The notes under the pieces are model-generated. The model saw nothing but the letters and a program-made list of their open reading frames with translations. It was not told the origin of the DNA and did not search any database. A stretch of 64,000 nt of DNA from Candidatus Latescibacterota bacterium (GTDB taxonomy: Bacteria > Latescibacterota > UBA2968 > GCA-2709665): the NCBI GenBank assembly GCA_965219995.1, contig CBDCOX010000002.1, forward strand, positions 5,362,269 through 5,426,268, in the 5' to 3' direction. Below, piece after piece: positions 49,190-59,086 of the stretch (the first letter of the stretch is position 1; every line of letters starts with the position of its first letter). The translations under genes and the position numbers were made by a program.

Positions 49190-51526
49190 TCAGAAGAGTT
49201 GCATCTGCGTGTCGTCGCCGATGACATGCTCGAACTCGAGCCCCAGCGTATCGAGGACCGGCTCCGCCACTGGGCGGACCTGCTTCTCGACGTAGTGCTC
49301 CCGGTCGAGGTCCGCGGTCAGGTTGTCGAGCGGTTCCGGTCCCGCCTGGGTGATGACGTAGGAGATGAGCCTTCCCGGCGCGCCGCGGGACTTGCGGGCG
49401 GCGGCGACGTGCGGGGGGTTGCCGCGGTCGTAGTCCGCGAGGCGCTTGCGCAGCCCCTTCCGATACACGAGCGCATCGTCCATCTCTCCCGCCCGCACCG
49501 CGCGCACGACCCCCGAGAGGTAGGCATCCACCGGCTGGTCGCGGAAGAGCCGTGCATAGAGTTCGCGCTGTACCGTCTTCGCCAGTTCCGTCCAGTCCCG
49601 CCGCACGACCTCCATGCCGACGAACTCGACTGCGGCGGCGCCTCGAATGACACCGGCGTACCGCTTGCGCGCGCCGCCCGCGCCGTGCCGGACCGATGGC
49701 AGGAAGATGCGCGTGTACAGCTTCTCGAACTCCATCTCGAGGCGGCTCTCGACGCCCCACTCGGCGCGGACATGCTCCGCAACGGCCGCATCGATCTCGG
49801 CGGCCAGCGACTCGCCCCGTGCGTACGCGCGTTCCGGGTCTGACTCTCCCGAGCGCACGAACAGGCTGTCCGTGTCCCCGTAGAGCACGTCGAACCCCCG
49901 TTCCTCGAGCCAGGCCTTGCACCACAGCAGGAAGTACCGGCCCTGGCCCGTGATCGCGTTCGCGATCGCCGTGTTGTGGAACCGGCACGCGGGCGTGCCG
50001 AGGACGCCGTAGAAGGAGTTCATCAGGATCTTGATGGCCTGCGACGCCACCGCGTCGTCCGCGCGCTTGGCCGCTTCCCGCGCCGCGGCGAGGCGGTCCA
50101 GCATGCGGGGCAGGATGGCCTCTTCGCGCCGGAACGCCGCGCCGCTCGAGGTGCGGATCGTCCCGTCTCCCGGGCGCGGGTCGGCCACGAACCCCAGCGG
50201 GTCCATGTTGAAGGTGCGCATCACGCTCGGGTACAGGCTCTTGAAGTCGAACACCCAGACGTTGTCGTGCATGCCGGTGACGGGTTCGAGGACGTGGCCG
50301 CCGGCCTGGGCGGCGGACACCCGGGCGTCGCTCGAGCGCACCGAGGGCGCCACGATCCCCCGCTTGCCGAGTTCCGCGAGATAGACGAAGTCGAACGAGG
50401 CGATGCTGGCGGCCACCCGGTCCGGCGTCATTCCCGTCAGGCGGCTGCGCGCCAGGGCGAGCGGAACGAGCTTCAGTTCCTCCACGATCCCGAGCGCCAG
50501 TCGCGCGTCCGTGCGGGCGTAGCGGGCGAACCCCGGCAGGTCGTTCGCGTACCGCTCCATGATCTCCCCGGCACGGTCCCGGACATCGCCCTCCACCGCC
50601 TTGCCTTCTCCGAGCACCGACCGCGCCACCGCGTCGAGCGAGTAGTCGTCCATGCGGACGAACGCGCCGCGTACGAGGTCCATCCCGTCGAGCACCACGC
50701 GGCCGGGAATGCTGGCCTGCCCGCTGCCGAAGTAGCCCTGCGCCGCGCGCACCCGGAGCGCGCCCGGTTCGCGACCGAGCTGGAACGGGTGCTTGACGCG
50801 CGCGGCGACGCGGCCGAGGACGCTCAGGTCGAAGTCCACGACGTTCCAGCCCGTCAGGAGGTCCGGGTCGGTTTCGGCGATCCGGCGACAGAAGGCTTCC
50901 AGGGCGGCGTGTTCGTCTTCCGCCGCGACCGCGCGCTCCGGCATCGCGCGCCCCTGCGCGTCGACGATGTGGACTTCGTCCACGCCGCAGCCGTACAGGG
51001 AGATCGCGAGGAGCCGGCTCGCCTTCGGGTCGGTCTCGATGTCGAAGGAGAGGACGCGCGGGGCGATGTCCACGTCCGCGGGCGCGACCTCGGGATCGTC
51101 GAACACCCAGTCGACGCCGTCGGCGCCGGCGCCCTGCCCCGGGCGTGCATCCCCTTCGAGCGCGACGCCGCCCTTGACGTCCCGGTCGATGAGGTAACGC
51201 ACAGCGAAGCGCACGTCCGCCTCGAAGGTCTCGATGCCGCAGTCCTGCAGCCGGTCGCGCAGCGGCGGCGCGTCGGGAGGCGTGCGGACCTCGATGCAGG
51301 TGACCGGCTCGCCGGCGAACGTCCGGCGGCGCGTCGCCCGCTGGCGCGTGGCGCCGCCCTCCCGGGCACGCGCCGCGTCCGCGGCCCGGACATAGAAGCA
51401 GGGGGTCTGGCGCGCGTCGCGGACGAGGAACGTCTGCCCGTCCTCCAGGCGGCCGTGCAGATGCACGACCGTGGCGTCCCCGCGGATGCGGTAGCTCGCC
51501 TGCATGACGAAACCGCGCGCCTTCAT
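49190..51526 (-). CDS. polB: DNA polymerase II (family B)
   Basis: SFDIET, GWNVVDFD, DFKSLYPS, KILMNSFYG, YGDTDS, KRYAG, HYVEKQV.PVA. Confidence 0.96.
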   Translation of the reverse strand: MKARGFVMQASYRIRGDATVVHLHGRLEDGQTFLVRDARQTPCFYVRAADAARAREGGATRQRATRRRTFAGEPVTCIEVRTPPDAPPLRDRLQDCGIETFEADVRFAVRYLIDRDVKGGVALEGDARPGQGAGADGVDWVFDDPEVAPADVDIAPRVLSFDIETDPKASRLLAISLYGCGVDEVHIVDAQGRAMPERAVAAEDEHAALEAFCRRIAETDPDLLTGWNVVDFDLSVLGRVAARVKHPFQLGREPGALRVRAAQGYFGSGQASIPGRVVLDGMDLVRGAFVRMDDYSLDAVARSVLGEGKAVEGDVRDRAGEIMERYANDLPGFARYARTDARLALGIVEELKLVPLALARSRLTGMTPDRVAASIASFDFVYLAELGKRGIVAPSVRSSDARVSAAQAGGHVLEPVTGMHDNVWVFDFKSLYPSVMRTFNMDPLGFVADPRPGDGTIRTSSGAAFRREEAILPRMLDRLAAAREAAKRADDAVASQAIKILMNSFYGVLGTPACRFHNTAIANAITGQGRYFLLWCKAWLEERGFDVLYGDTDSLFVRSGESDPERAYARGESLAAEIDAAVAEHVRAEWGVESRLEMEFEKLYTRIFLPSVRHGAGGARKRYAGVIRGAAAVEFVGMEVVRRDWTELAKTVQRELYARLFRDQPVDAYLSGVVRAVRAGEMDDALVYRKGLRKRLADYDRGNPPHVAAARKSRGAPGRLISYVITQAGPEPLDNLTADLDREHYVEKQVRPVAEPVLDTLGLEFEHVIGDDTQMQLF

Positions 51527-51626
51527 GGGCGCGATGTTATCCCTCGAGCAGCGGCTCGGTGAGAATCCCCTTTCCCCGCACGGCCCCGCTATCATTCGGG
51601 CGGATCGGCAAAGGGCTGGTCAGTCG

Positions 51627-52835
51627 ATGCGAAAGGCCGAACTGCAGTACATCATCGAGCGCGGCGAAGGCGCGAAGATCGAGTTCAAGCGAGACGGCCT
51701 TCGCCCCGACCAGCTAGCCCGGCAAATCGTGTCTTTCGCCAATATGAACGGAGGGCGCATTCTCGTCGGCGTGGAGGACGACGGGACCATCTCCGGGTTG
51801 CAGCGCCAGGACCTGCAAGCTTGGGTGATGGACGCGGTGATCGGGCGATGCGTCGTGCCCCCGCTCATTCCCGATTATGAAGAGGTCGGCACCGCCGATG
51901 GCGTGGTGGCGGTAATCGACGTTCCAGCCGGAGTCGCCAAGCCCTATGCCGTGAAGCGCGGCGAACGGCTTGATTATTACTTGCGGCTCGGGAATACGTG
52001 TCAGCTCGCTTCGCGCGAACAGATGGCGCGCTTGTTCGAGAGCGGGGGCCTGGTCTCCGTGGAGAAGATGCCGGTGCATGGCAGCAGACCCGATGACCTG
52101 GACGAACGACGCCTCCGCGAGTACTTCAACCGCATGCTCGGCGACGAGGACACGGACGATTGGCAGCGCAAGCTGCTCTACCGCGACCTCCTCGTGCAAA
52201 CGAGTTCCGGGGAACTGCGCTGCAGCTACGCCTCGTACGCCTTGTTCGCGATGGAACCAAGGCGGCGTCAGCCGCAAGCCGGACTGCGGCTGATGGTGTT
52301 CCCCGGCCCGGACATGGATTACGACGCGAGCCTCGACGAGGTGCTCGACCTGCCGTTCGTCGGACTCGGTGAGCGAACGGGGCGCAGATTCATCGAGCAG
52401 TCGTTGCCCGAGCGCGCGCTCAGTTACCTGCAGCCCCACATCAGCCACGAACGCCTGGACGGAATGACGCGCCGCCGCTTCTGGGACTACCCCGTCGAAG
52501 TCATCCGTGAACTGCTCGTGAACGCATTCGCCCACAGGGACTGGACGCGGCAAAACGACACCCGGGTCGTCGTGTATGGCGACCGCATGGAGGTGACGAG
52601 CCCGGGCGGACTTCCCAACGGAATCACCATCGACAGGATCAAGGCCGGACAGCAGGCGCCACGTAATCTCCAGATCGTCCGGATCCTGCGTGACTATCGA
52701 CTGATGGATGATCGGGGCATGGGCATCCGGCGCAAGGTGATCCCGCTGATGATGGAGGAGAACGCGACCGCGCCGGAGTTCGAGGCTACCGCGGACTACT
52801 TCAAGGTCGTCCTGTGGAAGTCTCAGGGCGGATAG
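51627..52835 (+). CDS. AlbA/Schlafen domain plus HATPase_c_4 (RecG C-terminal-like) protein
   Basis: GEGAKIEFK, FANMNGG.I.VGVEDDG, RELLVNAFAHRD, SPGGLP, RN..I..IL, RGMGI. Confidence 0.88.
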   Translation: MRKAELQYIIERGEGAKIEFKRDGLRPDQLARQIVSFANMNGGRILVGVEDDGTISGLQRQDLQAWVMDAVIGRCVVPPLIPDYEEVGTADGVVAVIDVPAGVAKPYAVKRGERLDYYLRLGNTCQLASREQMARLFESGGLVSVEKMPVHGSRPDDLDERRLREYFNRMLGDEDTDDWQRKLLYRDLLVQTSSGELRCSYASYALFAMEPRRRQPQAGLRLMVFPGPDMDYDASLDEVLDLPFVGLGERTGRRFIEQSLPERALSYLQPHISHERLDGMTRRRFWDYPVEVIRELLVNAFAHRDWTRQNDTRVVVYGDRMEVTSPGGLPNGITIDRIKAGQQAPRNLQIVRILRDYRLMDDRGMGIRRKVIPLMMEENATAPEFEATADYFKVVLWKSQGG

Positions 52836-52886
52836 GGGCCGGTGGTTCCGGGCGTGGTGATCGCTCAGGCCACGTCGACTGTTGGC

Positions 52887-53966
52887 TTACTTGAGCAATC
52901 CCACCAGCCGTGGTGTCGCCTGAGCACCGAGCTTGAACAGCGTGCCCGCCGCCCTTGAGGCATGCGTCCACGCGTGGGCAAGATCGGAGTCGAGCGGCGT
53001 GACGGCGAGCTCGAAGGAGGCACCGAGACGGCGGAACATCACGGTCGAGTCGACGTAGTCCGGCCCACCTTGGACCCCGGTGGGCAGGTTGAGTCTCTCC
53101 ATCCGGTTGTTGCCATGCCAGGTGAGTGGCTTGTCGGCCCACGACCTCGATCCCATGCGCAGGACCGGCGAGCCGATCGTAACGTTGTGCTGCGCGTGGT
53201 AGTCGGAGAAGTCGAACCCAAAGAAGCGGTGGCCACGCCGAGGGAGTTCGAGCTGGTTTTCGGAGCCGCCCTGCAACTTGCGGACTTGCACCCACATGAT
53301 GTCGAACTCGGCGAGATCGATCTCCTCGGATTCAACCGCTTCTCGAAACGGCCGCAGTTCACCGGGTGCGTCCACCGGTACGACGGGCCGTGCTTCGTCC
53401 ATGATCGGCTTGCCGGCCGGTTGCCTGCCCCGTAGTTCACGATACGACTCCAACAGGGCCCTGGACAGCGATTGCGTATCGTCCAACAGCCGAGAGAACG
53501 CCTGTTCGACCTGTCCCGACTCAACGCCACGCTGCAGCCAGCCCGCCTCGGCGTTGACGGTCAGGCCCCGACCGGTGAGGTTGGCGGATGCCACAAGCAC
53601 GTTGGAGGTGCGTTGGTCCAGGTTGAAGGCGTATATCTTGGGATGGAAGGCCCTTGCGGGAGTCATCGTACCTTCGGCGATAGCCCCGGCACCCGCGACG
53701 TGTACCGTCGCGTTGTCCAATGACAACCAGTCATCAAGTACACTCGGTTCGGTAATGCCATAGTCGAAAGACGTAACGAGCGTCTTTGGCATGGACGAGA
53801 ACGCCGTGCACCCGACAGACTGCCTAACCGCATCGAGCAGCATCTTGGAGCCGGACGACGTTGTGTAGGCAGACGCCACTTGGATCGACACCGCACCTAG
53901 CGCGGCCAGATCCACAAGGGCGTCGCGAATCCTCGCAGGGTGTGCATGGTTCTGAACGACTATCAC
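52887..53966 (-). CDS. PLD-family (HxK) nuclease, BfiI/NgoFVII-like restriction endonuclease candidate
   Basis: ASAY, FHPKIY..ASANLT.RGL..N.E; separate C-terminal beta-rich domain; GTGA overlap with MTase. Confidence 0.8.
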   Translation of the reverse strand: MIVVQNHAHPARIRDALVDLAALGAVSIQVASAYTTSSGSKMLLDAVRQSVGCTAFSSMPKTLVTSFDYGITEPSVLDDWLSLDNATVHVAGAGAIAEGTMTPARAFHPKIYAFNLDQRTSNVLVASANLTGRGLTVNAEAGWLQRGVESGQVEQAFSRLLDDTQSLSRALLESYRELRGRQPAGKPIMDEARPVVPVDAPGELRPFREAVESEEIDLAEFDIMWVQVRKLQGGSENQLELPRRGHRFFGFDFSDYHAQHNVTIGSPVLRMGSRSWADKPLTWHGNNRMERLNLPTGVQGGPDYVDSTVMFRRLGASFELAVTPLDSDLAHAWTHASRAAGTLFKLGAQATPRLVGLLK

Positions 53967-56098
53967 CGATCACTTCCCGTCCGGGCAGCCCGGAGTCTCG
54001 CTTCCCGCACGCGTAGCGACCGGGCAAACGCGTCGACTGAGGCACTCGATGTCTCCGCCGGCAACAAAGCGGCAAGCGCTATGCGATCCACCAGTCGCCC
54101 GGACGATGGCGTTTGGGGATCGACGGCTGCCCCCATCCGCATGAGCGTGTCGGCGGCAAGCGCCGGAACGGGCAGGCACCGGAGGTGGGACGCCTCCAGC
54201 TTGAGCGCGCCTCCGCCGAGAGGGGTGCCGGTCGCCTCCATGGCAGCGCGGCACCAAGCGCTGTTCAAGAGTGCTGCGATAGCGCCGGGCGTCCACCCTC
54301 CGCGGGCCGACCGCAACGTCGAGAAGTTGGCGTCGATGAGCACCTTGGGATCAGCGTTGAGATAGGTCATGGGTTGCCCGTGAATGACCCTGGGGACGAA
54401 CGCATCGGGTAGGTGGCGCGGCTTGAAGTTGGGCAGCATGTACCAGAATCGCGGCGGGGCGTTCACCCGGGCCGACCGAGCATTCGTGCGTACGGCCGAG
54501 AGCTCGGAGACGGCTTTGCCGGAACCCGGTCCAGGCAATGGCCAGCGCGCCGCACACCGCACGTAGTCAGCTAGGTCAGCTGGCATTTCGCGAGGCGGGC
54601 TTTGCCCCATGCGGCGATACACGGCCATGGCGGCGGTGACTACGGGCATGTCCTCGGGTAGAGCCCAACTACGCAGATCCAAGACGTGCGTACCGAGGCG
54701 CGCTGGATGCAGATCTCCGAGTTCGGCCTGCCGGTGCAGAACCGGACGCAGAGCGCTCAAGGGGATGTCCAACGTGCGCGAACCGAAAGCCGCGCTAGTT
54801 CGGATCATGCAACGATCGCCCGATGACCGACCGATCCGCTGGACATAGAAGAAGCGATTGCACCCGGTTCTCAGCCCCTGGCCGGTGCGGATGCCGATTT
54901 CCTCCATGGTCACGAAGCACTCGCCGGCGAAAACCGGCGGGATCAAGTCCCGCAGTTTGTCCGGAACGCTAGCCAGATGGGCCCGCCGGCCGGGTGCGTG
55001 AGAAACATCGCCTAGTGCCTTGGATGGGCCCCGTTGGTTCCGCGGCTCCAACTTGCGGAGCCAAGGCTCCGATACGCTGCGCCTGCCGAGGGAGGTCCAG
55101 TCACTATGCGGACAAAAGCTCCGGATGGAGATTCCGACAGGGCACTCGACCGGCTGATCGCGGTGCGCGCACCACGACGCGAAGTCGGACTCCGGCCGGT
55201 CGGCCGGAAAAGCGTGGCCTACCAACGATCCGTTCGATCCAGCGTCGGCCTGTACGGTGACCCATCGCCCCAGCGGCCAGTCCCGTCGATCCGAAAGGGT
55301 CTTCGCGACAAGGTCGTCAGGCAAGCGGCGAGCCACGACGAGGTGGGTGCCCACCAACGCATCCGCGAACCACCCAGGCCGGGAGTCTTCCACCACTGTT
55401 TCGACGGCGAACGCACGGAGCATGAGGTATTGGATGACACCAGCGTAATTCCTTGACCGCCACGTGGCCGGAACCACCAGCGCCAGACGTCCTCCAGGTT
55501 TCACCAGTGCGCCGCAGAGTAGCCAAGAAGGGATCGACATATCTGCCAGGCCAGAGTAGCCAGAAGCCAGAGTCGCGAAGACGTCCCGCGACGGGCCTGC
55601 AAGTGTTTGCGCGATGATTTGAAGCAAGCCGCGACGGTAGGTTTCCCCCCGCCCCCCCATGGACTGGTAGCGAACATACGGGGGATTTGCGATGACGAGG
55701 TCGTAGGTACTCTCCGCGTGCTCCGGGTGTGCACGGGGATCAAAGGCGTCCGCCTGCACCGACTCGCATCGCGTGGCCGTGCCGGCAACCAGGAGTCGGA
55801 GCCTTCGCGAGCAGAGATCGGAGGAACCGGCGTCGATTTCAATGGCGTCGAGCTGTTTGGTCTGAACGTCTTTACGCGACGAGACCGTCTCCCACACCGC
55901 GTCCAGGAGATCCCCCGTTCCCGCCATGGGATCCATGACGGTTTGGGTATCTGGCCCGACCGCCAGGTGCGCGAGCAGGCGACCGACTTTGAGTCCGGTG
56001 AAGAATTGGCCGTGCGCCTTCCGCCGAGCGGTCGGGAGCGCCTTCTCGAAAGATCGAGCCTCGGCCCGGGTCGTCGCGAGTGCGTCATCCCCGTGCAT
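53963..56098 (-). CDS. N6-adenine DNA methyltransferase (gamma class, TaqI/Eco57I-like)
   Basis: GQFFT, DPMAGTGDLL, IANPPYVRY, LVKPGGRLALVVP; C-terminal TRD (GLRTGCNRFF, LLNS, GGGALK); GGAGG SD. Confidence 0.88.
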   Translation of the reverse strand: MHGDDALATTRAEARSFEKALPTARRKAHGQFFTGLKVGRLLAHLAVGPDTQTVMDPMAGTGDLLDAVWETVSSRKDVQTKQLDAIEIDAGSSDLCSRRLRLLVAGTATRCESVQADAFDPRAHPEHAESTYDLVIANPPYVRYQSMGGRGETYRRGLLQIIAQTLAGPSRDVFATLASGYSGLADMSIPSWLLCGALVKPGGRLALVVPATWRSRNYAGVIQYLMLRAFAVETVVEDSRPGWFADALVGTHLVVARRLPDDLVAKTLSDRRDWPLGRWVTVQADAGSNGSLVGHAFPADRPESDFASWCAHRDQPVECPVGISIRSFCPHSDWTSLGRRSVSEPWLRKLEPRNQRGPSKALGDVSHAPGRRAHLASVPDKLRDLIPPVFAGECFVTMEEIGIRTGQGLRTGCNRFFYVQRIGRSSGDRCMIRTSAAFGSRTLDIPLSALRPVLHRQAELGDLHPARLGTHVLDLRSWALPEDMPVVTAAMAVYRRMGQSPPREMPADLADYVRCAARWPLPGPGSGKAVSELSAVRTNARSARVNAPPRFWYMLPNFKPRHLPDAFVPRVIHGQPMTYLNADPKVLIDANFSTLRSARGGWTPGAIAALLNSAWCRAAMEATGTPLGGGALKLEASHLRCLPVPALAADTLMRMGAAVDPQTPSSGRLVDRIALAALLPAETSSASVDAFARSLRVREARLRAARTGSDR

Positions 56099-57944
56099 GA
56101 CGCGCCTCCGTAGCTTGCTGCTCCGCATGCCATCGGTAGAAGTCGCCGGCGTTGATCGGTACATCTTGGTGACGGGCTAGGAAATGGCTGACGAAGCGCG
56201 CATAGAGTCGTTCGGGAGTACGTTCCGAAGCCTCGAGGCCGAGTGCCCGTCGGTTGAGTTCCGCCGCGATCCGCCATGGGCTGATGTTCGGTGCGGTTGT
56301 GTCCGTCGTGCGCTTGCCGAGGAGGAGGACGGGATCGCCCCGCACGGCACCATCGGTCGTCACCTGCTTGAAGCTGCCCTGCCTTTTGTCGAGTATGCCG
56401 GCGTGTTCCACGCTAAGTCCGGCGTCCGTGTACGCGTTGCGCAACGCATTCCACACTTCGGCGGTCGCCGAATGGAACACTAGCGTCGCGTGTCCCCGAG
56501 GCTTCAGAATTCTATGCACTTCCGCGAACGCGCTAGTCAAAAGTGCCTGGTAGCCGGCAACGGTCTTGGTTTGGGCCGGGCTAATGATGGCTTCTTCGAT
56601 CGGGTCCGTCACCGCACCGAGCCATGCCTCGTTTAGCAGCGAAAGCTCGGAGTACGGGATGTTCGCGCCAAACGGCGGATCGGTGAACGCATAGTCGATC
56701 GAGCAGTCCGGCAGGTCGACGGCGCAGCTCGACCTTTGATGGACGCTTACTTGACCAACGCGCCCGTGGAGGGACTGGAACGCCTTGGTGATGGTGGAGA
56801 GCTTACGGCGCAATCCCAGGAAGATGTTCTTTTCGACGGGAAGGCCGCTGACGTAGAGGACGCCCGGTTGTGCGCTCGTAACCGCGAGGTCCTTCTGGCC
56901 CGACTTGGCCACGACGCGGGTCATGATGGTGGCGTGGGAGGCGTTGTAGCTGAGCAGCCAGAAGCGAACGGCGTCTCGCAGCGGACCTCGGAGAGTGTCC
57001 GCCCGTTCCCAAAGACGACCGAACGCGATGAGATTGCGGCGCGTGTAGAACTGGTGAACGTGTGAGATGCCCTGATGATAGCCGGCACGATACAAATCGC
57101 CCCAGCTAATCGGGTGGTCCGGTACGCACCCGGGCAACGGCTCCCCTTCCACTCTACGAAGAAGTTCAAGATCATCCTCGTTCGGAGCCCGTGTCCAGTT
57201 GGTGCTCCCAGTCACACCATGGACTCGTGCCAGCCGCCGCAGCCGACGATGGGCGCGTGTCTCGGTCAAGTCGTCGTCCACCCGTTCCGTGACGCGTGGT
57301 AGCGACCCGACCGGGTGTACGTCGTCACACGCAGCGCATCGGAAGGCGGAGTCGACCTTGGCAGGGTCCAAGGAGACGCACGCCTCCCAGAGGCTTGCCG
57401 AGTAGCCACAGGAAGCGCAGCGGACAATGTCGGTCCACACGAGATACCTGATGGTGCCGTGGCCGCCGTGAGGGTCGTTGGCCGAGTAGAGCCAGCCGAA
57501 GTCCCGCTGCACGCTACGGAGGATTCCTTCGGCGGCGTCGCGAAACTCGGCCGGGTTGGGAGGGTTGGTGAGCGTGCGCGAGATGAAGGCGCCGAGGGCA
57601 CCGATCTCGTAAAGCACGGCGTTGCGGGGACCCCATTCTACGCTGAGGCCCCGCCGCGCGGCTTCGCGACGCACGCCGGACGGCGGATCTTCGCAAAGCA
57701 GGGCTGCCAGGCCGGTGGTGCCACTGCCCGCAAAGCCGTCGAAGACCGTATCGCCCGGCTTCGTGTGCGCGGCGACGTATAGCGCGATCGCCTCTGGCGA
57801 TATCTTGGTCGGGTAGGGAAATGCCCCGTACAGAGGCCCGCCTCTGGTAGCAGGAAGGGGGGCGGCGTAAAGCGCCGCGAACTCGTGCGGCGGAAACGCC
57901 TGACTTGACCCAAGGGACGGCGTCGATCTGGACAACGGCGGCAC
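56085..57944 (-). CDS. amino-DNA methyltransferase with zinc-ribbon insertion; start uncertain
   Basis: YPTKI, TKPGDTVFDGFAGSGTTG, CASC/CAAC, FTDPPFGANIPYSE, HRILKPRG. Confidence 0.85.
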   Translation of the reverse strand: MPPLSRSTPSLGSSQAFPPHEFAALYAAPLPATRGGPLYGAFPYPTKISPEAIALYVAAHTKPGDTVFDGFAGSGTTGLAALLCEDPPSGVRREAARRGLSVEWGPRNAVLYEIGALGAFISRTLTNPPNPAEFRDAAEGILRSVQRDFGWLYSANDPHGGHGTIRYLVWTDIVRCASCGYSASLWEACVSLDPAKVDSAFRCAACDDVHPVGSLPRVTERVDDDLTETRAHRRLRRLARVHGVTGSTNWTRAPNEDDLELLRRVEGEPLPGCVPDHPISWGDLYRAGYHQGISHVHQFYTRRNLIAFGRLWERADTLRGPLRDAVRFWLLSYNASHATIMTRVVAKSGQKDLAVTSAQPGVLYVSGLPVEKNIFLGLRRKLSTITKAFQSLHGRVGQVSVHQRSSCAVDLPDCSIDYAFTDPPFGANIPYSELSLLNEAWLGAVTDPIEEAIISPAQTKTVAGYQALLTSAFAEVHRILKPRGHATLVFHSATAEVWNALRNAYTDAGLSVEHAGILDKRQGSFKQVTTDGAVRGDPVLLLGKRTTDTTAPNISPWRIAAELNRRALGLEASERTPERLYARFVSHFLARHQDVPINAGDFYRWHAEQQATEARHARG

Positions 57945-58215
57945 TGGTCCTGGTGAGCCGCCAACGGCGGCCGCGCGCTTCCGACCGTGATTGGTACGAC
58001 GCTAGAGCCGCGCCGACACATCGACGGTCCGTGTCGCTGAATGACCGCGACTATAGCACGAAGTCCCGTTCCCGCTGGTCAGTGACGCTGCCAGCCACGA
58101 TCCTCGCAGCAGCAGTGGGCGGTGATTCCCGAGATCCGAAGAGTCCTACATGCCCCGTCTCAGCAAGGTTGCACCGTATGGGGATCGCCTGTGACCGATA
58201 CCAAACAGGCGGCCC

Positions 58216-58998
58216 TCAGCTCCACATGTTCGTGCCGCCGCACACCGTCAGGGCCTGTCCCGTCATGAAGGCGCTGGCGTCCGAGGCGAGGAACACGACC
58301 ACGCCCTTCAGGTCCTCCGGTTCGCCGAGGCGGCGCAGCGGCGTGTTGGTCTCCGCGTTCGCCTTCGCTTCCGGGTTGTCCCACAGGGCCCGCGCGAAGT
58401 CGGTCTTGATGAGGCCCGGGCAGATCGCGTTCACCCGCACGCCGCTCGGGCCGTACTCGAGCGCGAGGTTGCGCGCCAGCGCGATGTCCGCGAGCTTCGA
58501 GATGGCGTAGGTGCCGAGCATCTCCGACGCGTTGAAGGCGCCGGTGGACGCCGTGATCATCATGCTGCCCCGGCCTTTCTCGACCATGTCCGGCGCCACC
58601 ATCTGGCACAGCCAGTGGTTCGAACGGACGTTGGAGGCCATGATCTTGTCGAACGCCGAGTCGGGAATCTGGGACATCGGCCCGTAGAAGGGATTCACCC
58701 CCGCGTTCGCGACCAGGATGTCGATGGGGCCGAGTCGACTCCGTGTCTCGGCGACCAGGGCTTCGAGCTGCTCCTTGTAGCCGATGTTGCACGCGATGGG
58801 GATGGCCCGTTCCTCGCCGCACTTCTCGTTGATCTGCGCGACCGCCGCCTCGCACTGGTCGAGCTTGCGGCTCGACACCACGACCCTGGCCCCATGTTCG
58901 GCAAGACCCTCCGCCATGTAGAGGCCCATGCCCTTCGACGCGCCCGTCAGCAGCGCCACGCGTCCCGTCAGGTCGAAGAGTGTCGTCTCCACGCCCAT
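58216..58998 (-). CDS. short-chain dehydrogenase/reductase
   Basis: TGASKGMG, ANAG, YAISK, VNAICPGLIKT. Confidence 0.93.
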   Translation of the reverse strand: MGVETTLFDLTGRVALLTGASKGMGLYMAEGLAEHGARVVVSSRKLDQCEAAVAQINEKCGEERAIPIACNIGYKEQLEALVAETRSRLGPIDILVANAGVNPFYGPMSQIPDSAFDKIMASNVRSNHWLCQMVAPDMVEKGRGSMMITASTGAFNASEMLGTYAISKLADIALARNLALEYGPSGVRVNAICPGLIKTDFARALWDNPEAKANAETNTPLRRLGEPEDLKGVVVFLASDASAFMTGQALTVCGGTNMWS

Positions 58999-59086
58999 CG
59001 TTCACTCCAGCTTGCAGGAAACCGCGTAGATTACGGGAAGGTGCCGGAGGTAGGGAAGCGCCGCGCGCCCCCGCCGCGGGCTTCCA

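Noticed and set aside
51527-51626. LexA box upstream of polB
   Set aside because: No CTGT-N8-ACAG present
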